From sequence record NZ_CP035507.1: 64,000 bases of DNA, one strand, 5' to 3'. Numbering within the stretch: the stretch's first letter is position 1; each line of letters begins with the position of its first letter. The notes below the pieces were generated by a model, which saw only the letters and a list, made by a program, of their open reading frames with translations, ran no database searches and had not been told where the DNA came from. A program made the translations under genes and the position numbers. Source of the DNA: a plasmid. Shown in pieces: positions 18,499-27,108 of the stretch.

Positions 18499-20666
18499 CA
18501 GACACAATGACCAAGCGGGTCTCCTACGACATCGGCTGCATGAAGAGCCTGCGGAAACTGCCGGACCGGGTTGCGCTCCGGTTCATGGACCTGATGACCA
18601 AGTATATGTCGGACCCGTCCGCGAATGGGCTGAACCTGGAAACGGTGGAAGGATCGAGGGACAGCTCGATCAAGTCCATGCGGGTCGACCAGGGGTATCG
18701 GGCCATCGCCTTCGAGGTCGGCCGCGACATCATGTTCGTGCATGTCAACGAGCACGACAAGGCCTACCGCTGGGCGGCAGGGCGCCGGGTCAAGCTCGAC
18801 CCGGAAACGAACCGGATCCGGGTGATTGAGGAGGTGGACGCGGTTGTCGAACCGGTGGCGACGCCGGATACCTACGCTCCTCGCCTCTTCGACGAGGTGA
18901 CGGATGCAAGGCTGCGCGCCCTCGGCGTGCCGGAGGAGGAGCTGACGGCCGTTCGTCAGATCCCCACGATCGAGGCGCTGGAAGGCGCGGAGGACCGGTT
19001 CGATCCGCTCACCTATCAGATCCTTTACGCGGTCGCGGCCGGTTATGCGGATGAGGAAATCCAGTCCCTGACCGGGGTCGGCGCGGAACCGGACGCGGAA
19101 CCGCAGCAGCCCGCCGCGGAGCTGACCTTCGGAAAGCTGATCGAGACCGAGCAGAGCCGCCAGACCATCTTCATTCCCGAAAGCGAGGAGGAGCTGCGCC
19201 GCGTTTTCGAGGAGGGGCTTGAGGGCTGGCGCGTGTTCCTGCACCCCGAACAGCGCAAGATCGCCTACCGGGACTACAACGGGCCGGTTCTGGTCCGGGG
19301 CGGGGCTGGTACCGGCAAGACTGTCGTCGCGATGCACCGGGCCAAGCACCTTGCAGACCAGATCAAAAACGATCCGACCCGATCCGGCCAGCGGGTCCTT
19401 CTGACCACCTTCACGACCAGCCTCGCGCATGACATCGAGGCGAACCTCCGGACCCTGTGCCCTGACCATCTGGACGCCCGCCCGCCCCGGATCGAGGTGA
19501 TCAACCTCGACCGCTGGGTCTCTCAGTTCCTCAAGCGCAAGAGCTTCGCCCGCGAGGTCGCCTTCTTCGGCGAGGCGCGGGACCGGCTGGACCAGGTGTG
19601 GAAGGAGGTCTTCGATGATCACGAGCTGCCCGAGGGGCTGTCTGAGCCGTTCGTTCGCGCGGAATGGGCGCAGATCGTCCAGGCGAAGGGGCTGACCGAT
19701 CAGAAGGGATACCTGAAGGCGTCCCGGGCCGGCCGGGGCACCCCTCTCGACCGCAAGAAGCGGGCGGTGCTGTGGGACATCTTCGCCGATTACCGGGCCC
19801 GGCTGATCAGCGAAGGGCTCGCGGAGCCTGACGACGCTTACCGCGAGGCGACCGAGATCCTGACCTCCGAAGCGCCGAACCTGCCCTACAGCGCGGTCAT
19901 CGTCGATGAGGCGCAGGACATGGGCGAACAGGCGTTCCGGCTGATCCGCGCGATCATGCCCGAGACCCCGGCGGGGGACCGGAACTCCCTCTTCATCGTG
20001 GGCGACGCGCATCAGCGGATCTATGGGCGGCGGGCCGCCATGTCCGCCTGCGGGATCAACGTGCGCGGCCGCTCGAAGCGCCTCCGCCTGAACTACCGGA
20101 CCACGCAGGAGATCCGGGCCTGGGCGGTCTCGGTTCTCGAGGGGGTCAGCGTTGACGATCTTGATGAAGGGACGGATACCCTACGCGGTTATGTCAGCCT
20201 CATGCGCGGGGCCGCCCCCGAGCTGGTCGGGTGCCGGACAGAGGCGGAGGAGCTGGACGGGCTGGTGGCCTGGGTCCGGGCCCTGCCGCCCGACCAGATC
20301 CGCCTCTCCGACATCGGGGTCCTGTGCGCGCGTCGCGCCGACGCGGACCGGGTTCAGGCGGCGCTCCGCGCGGCCGGTATCGAGACGGTGATGCTCCAGT
20401 CCGGTGCGGACGACCGGTCCGTTCCGGGGATTCGGATCACCACGATGCACCGGGCGAAGGGGCTCGAGTTCTTCGCCGTGGCGATCCCCTTCCTGTCCGA
20501 GGCGGCCTTCCCGCCACCGGGTGCGCTCCGGGCCGCCGTGGATCCGGCAGATAAGGAGGACATTATCATGCAGTACCGGTCCCTCCTGCATGTCGCTGCG
20601 ACCCGGGCGAAAAAAGCTCTCCGCATTTCATGGTCGGGGACGCCAACTGGCATTTTCACGGTCTGA
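18495..20666 (+). CDS. UvrD-like SF1 helicase with an ~120-aa N-terminal accessory domain
   Basis: Walker A VLVRGGAGTGKTVVAMHRA (~19300), VIVDEAQDM, C-terminal ITTMHRAKGLEF; ATGA overlap with the upstream giant gene. Confidence 0.75.
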   Translation: MTDTMTKRVSYDIGCMKSLRKLPDRVALRFMDLMTKYMSDPSANGLNLETVEGSRDSSIKSMRVDQGYRAIAFEVGRDIMFVHVNEHDKAYRWAAGRRVKLDPETNRIRVIEEVDAVVEPVATPDTYAPRLFDEVTDARLRALGVPEEELTAVRQIPTIEALEGAEDRFDPLTYQILYAVAAGYADEEIQSLTGVGAEPDAEPQQPAAELTFGKLIETEQSRQTIFIPESEEELRRVFEEGLEGWRVFLHPEQRKIAYRDYNGPVLVRGGAGTGKTVVAMHRAKHLADQIKNDPTRSGQRVLLTTFTTSLAHDIEANLRTLCPDHLDARPPRIEVINLDRWVSQFLKRKSFAREVAFFGEARDRLDQVWKEVFDDHELPEGLSEPFVRAEWAQIVQAKGLTDQKGYLKASRAGRGTPLDRKKRAVLWDIFADYRARLISEGLAEPDDAYREATEILTSEAPNLPYSAVIVDEAQDMGEQAFRLIRAIMPETPAGDRNSLFIVGDAHQRIYGRRAAMSACGINVRGRSKRLRLNYRTTQEIRAWAVSVLEGVSVDDLDEGTDTLRGYVSLMRGAAPELVGCRTEAEELDGLVAWVRALPPDQIRLSDIGVLCARRADADRVQAALRAAGIETVMLQSGADDRSVPGIRITTMHRAKGLEFFAVAIPFLSEAAFPPPGALRAAVDPADKEDIIMQYRSLLHVAATRAKKALRISWSGTPTGIFTV

Positions 20667-20685
20667 TGATTGTAGCGGTTTTATC

Positions 20686-21786
20686 TCAAACCATGAGCCA
20701 ATACCGCGTATGGCGCCGCTCCCCGGTACGGCTAAGCGCGCCCATCTCCACCAGGTCCTGCAGGTCCCGCGTTGTGGTGGCGCGTGACGTGCCGGTTATG
20801 GCGATGTAGTTCTCGGCGCTGAGGCCGCCTTTGAACCCGTCGGGCCCCTCGCGGAACATGCGCTCAATCACCTTGGCTTGTCGCTCGTTCAGTCGATCAC
20901 GGAACTGGTCGTAGAACTTCGCCTTGGCGATGAAGAACGCGACCCGTGTCAGCGTTACCTGCTGCGCCTTCAGAACGATCTCGGCGAACCAGATCAGCCA
21001 GCCGGTTACGTCCAGCGTCTTCTGGTGGGTTTCGAGCTGGTCGTAGTAGGCTTTCCGGTCCCGTTCGATCGTATAGGCCAGCGCGATTAGGCTCGGCTGG
21101 CCGATGTTCTGCGCAAGGGACTTTTCCGCCAAGGCGCGGCCGAGGCGACCATTGCCGTCCTCGAAGGGATGGATGCTTTCGAACCAGAGGTGCCCAAGCG
21201 CCGCGCGGGTTAGTGCTGGCAGGGGCGTTGTGCCGTCTGGCGCCGTTCGGTTGAACCAGTCGACGAACACGTCCATCTCGCCCTGGACCTGCGCGGAGGG
21301 CGGCGCCTCGAAATGCACCGTCGGCCGGTCGATGCGACCGGAGACGATCTGCATCGCGTCGGCATGTCGCCGGTAGGCCCCGATGGTTTCGAGCCCGCGG
21401 TCATGTGCCAGGAGCATCCCGTGCCATCGGCTGAGGGTCTCGTGGGTCAGAGGCGCGCCGTAGGTCGAGTAGACGTCGACCATCATCTCTGCGACGCCCT
21501 GTTCCTTGGGCTTCGATGGCGCACCGTCAGTGATCAGACCGAATTGCCGCCGGAGGGAGGATTGCACACTGCCCCTGTCTAGCACCTCGCCTTCGATGGC
21601 GCTTGTCCGCATCGCCTCTTCACTCAGAAGTTCGATGCGCAGGCGGTCGCGTTCATTGCCGGTCACATGGCGGACGGCGCCGAGAATCTCGCCGGATGAC
21701 AGTAGGAACCGCCGCTCGAGAGGTTCGATGGCAGCGCTGTCATAGACGAAATTCGGCCAGTCGGGTTGATTCCAGTTCCAGCGCAT
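20686..21786 (-). CDS. Fic/DOC family protein with a C-terminal wHTH
   Basis: HPFEDGNGRLGRAL motif (~21140-21185 on the minus strand). Confidence 0.85.
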   Translation of the reverse strand: MRWNWNQPDWPNFVYDSAAIEPLERRFLLSSGEILGAVRHVTGNERDRLRIELLSEEAMRTSAIEGEVLDRGSVQSSLRRQFGLITDGAPSKPKEQGVAEMMVDVYSTYGAPLTHETLSRWHGMLLAHDRGLETIGAYRRHADAMQIVSGRIDRPTVHFEAPPSAQVQGEMDVFVDWFNRTAPDGTTPLPALTRAALGHLWFESIHPFEDGNGRLGRALAEKSLAQNIGQPSLIALAYTIERDRKAYYDQLETHQKTLDVTGWLIWFAEIVLKAQQVTLTRVAFFIAKAKFYDQFRDRLNERQAKVIERMFREGPDGFKGGLSAENYIAITGTSRATTTRDLQDLVEMGALSRTGERRHTRYWLMV

Positions 21787-21900
21787 GAGCTATAGGATCC
21801 ATTTCTATAACTCACAATAATGGCGACTCATGATGCATGAAAGCGAATTCTATGCATCATCCCGAGCGCTGGCGTTTAACCAGCGGGGCGTCTCCCCGCT

Positions 21901-22071
21901 TCAGGCGGCCTGTACCATGGGCTCGTAGCGGACCTCGGCCATGGCCTCGTTGATCCATGCCGGTTGGAGGTCGCCGTTGTTCCACTGGTAAAGATAGCCC
22001 ACAAGGGCGTCGGTCTTCTTGCAGAGGATGCGCATGATGGGTTCGCCTGTCAGGCGGGCTGTGTTGGACAT
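21901..22071 (-). CDS. Small hypothetical protein (56 aa; below the ORF-track cutoff)
   Basis: ATG preceded by GAGGAG; a clean ORF MSNTARLTGEPIMRIL...EPMVQAA read from the sequence. Confidence 0.3.
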   Translation of the reverse strand: MSNTARLTGEPIMRILCKKTDALVGYLYQWNNGDLQPAWINEAMAEVRYEPMVQAA

Positions 22072-22228
22072 AATCTGCTCCTCTACCTGGACCTCTGCAC
22101 CGGGAAAAAGGAGGCCACTCTATCCTTGGCAGGGTTGTTAATGACTGGTTTCTGCAACTGCAAGATGAACAGGTGCTTTCGGGAAAATTGTGATCGGATG
22201 CTTGTCGGAAACGCGCCTAAACAATGGG

Positions 22229-22876
22229 TTAGACTTCGTCATCTCCGTGCGGCACCGCAGCATAGGCGGCGATCTCGCTCAGGATAGCGTCGATCTCGGC
22301 CCAGACTCGGGGCTCCAACTGCCCGCGGATCAGGGTCCATTTGCTCATCACGTTGAGCGGGTCGTGGGCGCGCAGGAGGGTGGTCACAGTGGCGTCATCG
22401 ACTGCCAGCGAGGTTCGTGCACGCCATTCGGTGATCCGCGTGCGCCGCTCCTCGGCGGGAGGGATGAAGTCGGGCCCGAGCTCCCAGTTCTTCACTGCAC
22501 GGCGCAGGGCGGCGCGGATGACATGGGCCGGATCGACGCCGCAGTCGATCAGGGCTTCCTCCTGCCGTTCCAGCGCGTTCACCCGGATGTCGATCTTGCG
22601 CGTCGCCGGAATTCGGCGTGGGCGGATGGGAGATACCATGGCAGCGGATGCTGCACGCCCGGCTGTCTCCTGGCTGGGCTGAGAAGCGGGCGCAGGCTGC
22701 GTACTTGGCGGCGAAACAGCGTGACTGTCCAAGACCACAGGCTCGACGTTTGCAGGTTCTGCCTTCGTCTCAGTTCGCAGAACCTTTTCCCTTCCCGAGT
22801 CTTCTCCCACCTCTGGACGCAGGGATGCAGCATAAGCCGGGTCGGGCCGTGTGATGGTCGGGATCTTCTTCCTCAC
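22229..22876 (-). CDS. Hypothetical protein downstream of parA (possible RHH ParG-like partner)
   Basis: GTG 22876 lies 11 nt after the parA stop with a GAGG upstream; the C-terminal IRVNALERQEEALIDCGVDPAHVIRAALRRAV segment is RHH-like. Start is uncertain. Confidence 0.4.
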   Translation of the reverse strand: MRKKIPTITRPDPAYAASLRPEVGEDSGREKVLRTETKAEPANVEPVVLDSHAVSPPSTQPAPASQPSQETAGRAASAAMVSPIRPRRIPATRKIDIRVNALERQEEALIDCGVDPAHVIRAALRRAVKNWELGPDFIPPAEERRTRITEWRARTSLAVDDATVTTLLRAHDPLNVMSKWTLIRGQLEPRVWAEIDAILSEIAAYAAVPHGDDEV

Positions 22877-22886
22877 AACCCCGTCC

Positions 22887-23606
22887 TCACGCGGCCAGGA
22901 TGTTGTTGAGGATGTCGGTCGCCTCTTCGAGGGCCTCCACCACATGGCGCACATGGGGGCGCATGAGGGGGTTCGGATCGGCCTGCTTTTGCAAGGCCAC
23001 AGCGTGCAGGAGGCCCTTCTCGTCCATCTCCTTGTAGACGTTCCGCCGCATCATCACCGTCTCGACTACCGGAAACCGCGCGATCGCCGCCTCAATGAGG
23101 GTAGCATCGGCACGGGTGGTCTTGGGGTCGACCATGTTCAGGACCACGTGGTGGCGGGGCAGGCTGTCGGGGTCATCGACGCGGGCGCGGAGCTTCTCGA
23201 ACCAGTCGGCGGTCTGCGCGCCGACATCGAGATCCGAAGTCGAGAGCATCACAGGCGTCACGATGTGATCGGCCAGAATGGCGATCCCGTCCGACCACTC
23301 AGCCCCGACGCCGGCCGTGTCGATGAAGATGAAATCGGCCGATCCCGCCGCATAGACCTGCTCGATCCGGCGATCCACGGCCCCCACGCTTTCGACGGTT
23401 GCCGAGCGCAGGAGCGGTGATCCCAGCCCCGCGGCTTCAGCCCGCTTGTGCCAGGTGCCAAGCACGCCGGTGCTGTCGGTATCGATCAGAAGGACGCGAC
23501 GGCCAGCGGCAACAGCAGCGCTGATCAGGGCGCGCGAGAGCGTGGTCTTGCCACTCCCCCCTTTCCGGGCCATCGCGGCGATCACCACGAGATTGTCGTT
23601 CGGCAT
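22887..23606 (-). CDS. parA: ParA-family partition ATPase
   Basis: Deviant Walker A KGGSGKTT and overall ParA/MinD-like architecture. Confidence 0.8.
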   Translation of the reverse strand: MPNDNLVVIAAMARKGGSGKTTLSRALISAAVAAGRRVLLIDTDSTGVLGTWHKRAEAAGLGSPLLRSATVESVGAVDRRIEQVYAAGSADFIFIDTAGVGAEWSDGIAILADHIVTPVMLSTSDLDVGAQTADWFEKLRARVDDPDSLPRHHVVLNMVDPKTTRADATLIEAAIARFPVVETVMMRRNVYKEMDEKGLLHAVALQKQADPNPLMRPHVRHVVEALEEATDILNNILAA

Positions 23607-24167
23607 GGGGGCGGACCTCTCACAAGAATAGTGAAACGCAGCAAAGATGTTTCATCGTCGCTAACCCCCGCGCGCGACGGCGTCAAGCAGAAGACGGGAT
23701 GCGGGCTGCCTCAGGCGGAATGCGGGGTCCATGGTGCATCGCGCAGGGAGCGAAAAGCACCACGCTCGTGACACCTGACGTTCTCCCGTCCGCGCGATGC
23801 GGTCCCCAGATGACGCGCGACATGCCACATCGGCCATAGTGCGCGACGCAGGAAGCGTGACGCATACCGCACGGGACGTGGACCATCGGGCACCACGCGC
23901 GATGCGGGCAGCACGGGCCATCTGACACTTGCCAGAAGCCGTGCTGCAGGGCGCGCAAGACGCAGTCCAAAGGACGCGATGCGCGGTGCAGGCAACGCGG
24001 GACGCGTTGCATTGAGCGCCTTGCGCGCTGCATTTGCCAAAGGACGTCAAATCGGCCCGAGAGGCCGATTTTCTACATTGAGTACAAGCCCTTGGTGCCT
24101 TCTCCGCTTGTGCTGGGAGAAGGCGGGCTTGTACGAAGTTGGCAAGAAATAGGAACGTATACTTCAC
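23607..24167. promoter_or_regulatory. Divergent parA/mobC control region with repeated GCGCGAYG(C)GG-type motifs and two hairpins (24049-24071 AAATCGGCCcgagaGGCCGATTT; 24082-24134 GTACAAGCCC...GGGCTTGTAC); candidate oriT/centromere
   Basis: Read directly from the sequence; the 60-170-aa ORFs here are low-complexity artefacts. Confidence 0.4.
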
Positions 24168-24770
24168 ATGGGTAGCACCCGCCGACTGACCGATCAGGAG
24201 CGCCGTCAGATCGTCCGGGAACGGGCGAAAGGCGTCTCAGTCAGTGCGATCAGTGCAGCGCTGAAGGTCTCCCCGAAGACCGTCTACAACGTGCTGAGCC
24301 GGGGTCGTTCCGCCGTCTCCGGCAACGACAGCCGCACCCGTGTGCTGACCATGCGGGTCACTGATCGCGACCTTCGCGGCTTCGATGCAGCCCTTGCGCG
24401 GCGTGGGATCGCGCATCGTTCGGATGCCATGCGCTGCCTGATGCTCGCGGCCGACGATCTCCTGCGCCCGGATCATGGCATGACGGATGAGCTGAAAGGG
24501 ATGAGCGCGGCGCTGAACCGGGTCGGAAATAACGTGAACCAGGTCGCGCGTCGACTGAACGAGGCAAAGCTCAAGGGGGAGCGTCTGCCCTACACCCCCG
24601 CTAGCCATGCCGAAATCCGCGATCTCGCGGTGTTGGTCTTTGACATGGCCGATCAGATTCAGGAGATGTTCCGCGCGCGTCGCCGCGAACTGGACCTCGA
24701 AGTGACCAAGGCCCTCGCTGGCCTGACGCGGCGGGAAGCGGAGCAGGTGGCCGAGCATGGCGCGGAGTGA
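24168..24770 (+). CDS. mobC: MobC-family relaxosome accessory protein
   Basis: LNRVGNNVNQVARRLN signature. Confidence 0.8.
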   Translation: MGSTRRLTDQERRQIVRERAKGVSVSAISAALKVSPKTVYNVLSRGRSAVSGNDSRTRVLTMRVTDRDLRGFDAALARRGIAHRSDAMRCLMLAADDLLRPDHGMTDELKGMSAALNRVGNNVNQVARRLNEAKLKGERLPYTPASHAEIRDLAVLVFDMADQIQEMFRARRRELDLEVTKALAGLTRREAEQVAEHGAE

Positions 24771-27108
24771 GGCGCGCGGCGTTGGGCCCGCCCTCTTCGA
24801 TCGTAACTGGAGCCGGGTCTCGGGCAGCTGGCAGGGACTCGCGAAGAAGGCGCAGATGGTCCGGGCAGCGCGTGGCTACTCGCCGGCCATCTTCAAGCCC
24901 ATCTCGAAAGGCGGGTGCCACACGGGCGCCCAGCTCAAGGCCCAGCTGACCTACCTCACCACAAAGTCGAGCCACATCCTCGACAGCCGCGGCACCCATG
25001 ATGGCAAGAAGACCCTGACCGAGGCCGAGATCGACCGGGTCGTGCGGCGCTTCGAGAACCAGTGGGGCGAGCGGCACAGTCCGAAGCTCGGCCATACCTC
25101 GCATCTCCTGATGGCCTTTCCTGTGGGCACCAGCGGCGAAGAGGTGCGCGCGATCACCGAGGCGGTCTGCGAGCGGTTCTTTCAAGGTGAGGGGTCGCAA
25201 TTCGACTATATTGCTGCAATACACCAAGATCGCGCGCATCCACATGCGCATATCGTTCTGAACCGCCGCAGCAAGGATGGCGAAATGTTCTTTCTCGGGA
25301 AGGATCACCACTTCAACTACGACGCCTTCCGGGTGGCGATGGTCGAGGCGGCGCAGGTCCACGGGATCCGACTCGAGGCCACACGGCGTCTTGACCGGGG
25401 GGTCACGACCTACCGTGCCGAGATCGACGAGGTCTACAAGGCACGTGACGAAGGCCGACCGCCCGTCGAGCGCCAGCGCACAGGCGCTGATCTCGCCGCA
25501 GCCCTGGAGACGGTGGCGCGCAATGCGCTGACTTATCGCGGTCTTGCAGCAGAGGCATCCCGGTCGAACTTCGATGACGCGGCCGAGGCGCTCGAGCGGG
25601 CCAGCACCATCCTTGCCAGTGGCGGTCAGATTCAATCTGACGGAGCCATCTACATGTCCCAAGACGAAACAGCGTTCGACACGCTGATCACCGAGTTTTC
25701 CCAGAACATCCGTCAGATCGAAGCGGCGATCGACCGGGCACCCGCATCCGAGCGACCGGAGATCGAGCGCAAGCTCACCGATGTGCTGGCCTCCGTTGCG
25801 CATCTCAATCCGCTTGGAGACCGCTCGGCTGCACTTCTCGACGCACCATCCCGGGATGGGGTCTATGCGCGGGCCAACATGCGTGAGGACCAGATGGGAC
25901 GCCTTGACGACGCCTCGGTGAAGGCGCGCCTCAGCGAGGCGCTGCAAGGCACGGGCATCGACCCCGAAGCCGTAGCCGCCCGCATGCGCGAGGGTGCTGG
26001 CAACGCCGCGCTCGAACGACAATGGCTGGCGCAGGATCTGCGCGCCATCGCCAACGCGGGTGACCTCGATCTGGAGAAGGGCGAGGACCGCGAGGAAGCG
26101 CTCGACCGGCTGGAAGCCGTACATGTCCGCCTGGGCGATACTCTGACCGATGCGCGCATCCTGCGGGCTGTCGATGAGGTGGATGAGACCGAGGATGACC
26201 AGGTTGCCCTGGCCGAAAGGTTGACGCTGCCTGAGCGCGAGCGCGCGGCGGGTGAGCCCGACATCTTCGCCCCATCCGAGCGCCGGGATTTCCAGGAGCT
26301 CGTCGCCCAGTTCCGTCGAACGGATTTCGACCATCCCTTCTCGGACGATCCGTCCGTGCGCCGAGCCGGTGCCGTCGAGGTGGAAGAAGCCCGCGCCGCC
26401 TTCAACGCCTTCGCGCAGCGGTCGCCCGATCATGCCGAACTGGCCTCGATGGCCTGGGACAAGATCACCGACAGCCGCAAACCGCAGGAGTTCGCCGTCG
26501 AGGAAAAAGACCGCACCCTCAACGCCGGCGACATGGACCTCGCGCTGCGCGATCCGATGCAACATCTCGGCCCGATCACCGAAGACGACCGCACCCTCGC
26601 GCGCTACCGCGCGGAGATGCCGGACGAGGAGTTCGGGGCGGCGGTGCAGGAGGAAATCAACCAGCTGCGCGCCATGGGCGCATCACGCGCCTACATCAGC
26701 GAACGGAGCTTCGACATCGAGGATCAGGCGCGGCAGGATTACGCCGAGCGGCGTTTCATGGCTGAGACTGCCCCTGATGTGTTGACCTTCCTGCAGCGGG
26801 CCGAGGCCGAGGATGTGAAGCCGCTCTCCGAGACCGACGGGCAGCGCCTGATCGCCCAGATCGACCGCAACCTCACGCCGAACGCTGTGACTGCCCTCCG
26901 CGCAGGACACGCGGATGTGCTGGACAAGTTCACCGAGGACCCAATTCGGCAGTTGGAACTTGCCAAGGCCTATCTGGAAAGCAGCGAAGTAACGGCGCAC
27001 GGCCCCGCGATGGAACGGGTGCTGGATGCCCTGGCCGAGGAGCAGATCGAGGCGCAGCGCGCCCGCCATGCCGCGGCCTATGGCGAAAAGGGGATCACCC
27101 ATGGATAA
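24757..27108 (+). CDS. Relaxase (MobA/MobL, MOBQ-like)
   Basis: Three-His motif HQDRAHPHAHIVLNR; overlaps the mobC stop. Confidence 0.8.
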   Translation: MARSEARGVGPALFDRNWSRVSGSWQGLAKKAQMVRAARGYSPAIFKPISKGGCHTGAQLKAQLTYLTTKSSHILDSRGTHDGKKTLTEAEIDRVVRRFENQWGERHSPKLGHTSHLLMAFPVGTSGEEVRAITEAVCERFFQGEGSQFDYIAAIHQDRAHPHAHIVLNRRSKDGEMFFLGKDHHFNYDAFRVAMVEAAQVHGIRLEATRRLDRGVTTYRAEIDEVYKARDEGRPPVERQRTGADLAAALETVARNALTYRGLAAEASRSNFDDAAEALERASTILASGGQIQSDGAIYMSQDETAFDTLITEFSQNIRQIEAAIDRAPASERPEIERKLTDVLASVAHLNPLGDRSAALLDAPSRDGVYARANMREDQMGRLDDASVKARLSEALQGTGIDPEAVAARMREGAGNAALERQWLAQDLRAIANAGDLDLEKGEDREEALDRLEAVHVRLGDTLTDARILRAVDEVDETEDDQVALAERLTLPERERAAGEPDIFAPSERRDFQELVAQFRRTDFDHPFSDDPSVRRAGAVEVEEARAAFNAFAQRSPDHAELASMAWDKITDSRKPQEFAVEEKDRTLNAGDMDLALRDPMQHLGPITEDDRTLARYRAEMPDEEFGAAVQEEINQLRAMGASRAYISERSFDIEDQARQDYAERRFMAETAPDVLTFLQRAEAEDVKPLSETDGQRLIAQIDRNLTPNAVTALRAGHADVLDKFTEDPIRQLELAKAYLESSEVTAHGPAMERVLDALAEEQIEAQRARHAAAYGEKGITHG

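Noticed and set aside
18480-20012. 510-aa minus-strand ORF opposite the UvrD-like helicase
   Set aside because: Antisense frame artefact; the helicase motifs are on the + strand.
23661-24167. 168-, 116- and 109-aa minus-strand ORFs in the parA/mobC intergenic region
   Set aside because: Cys/Arg/Ala-rich low-complexity translations of a repeat-rich regulatory region; no RBS or coding signal.
24601-26565. 654-aa minus-strand ORF opposite the relaxase
   Set aside because: The + strand relaxase has the three-His motif; this is an antisense artefact.
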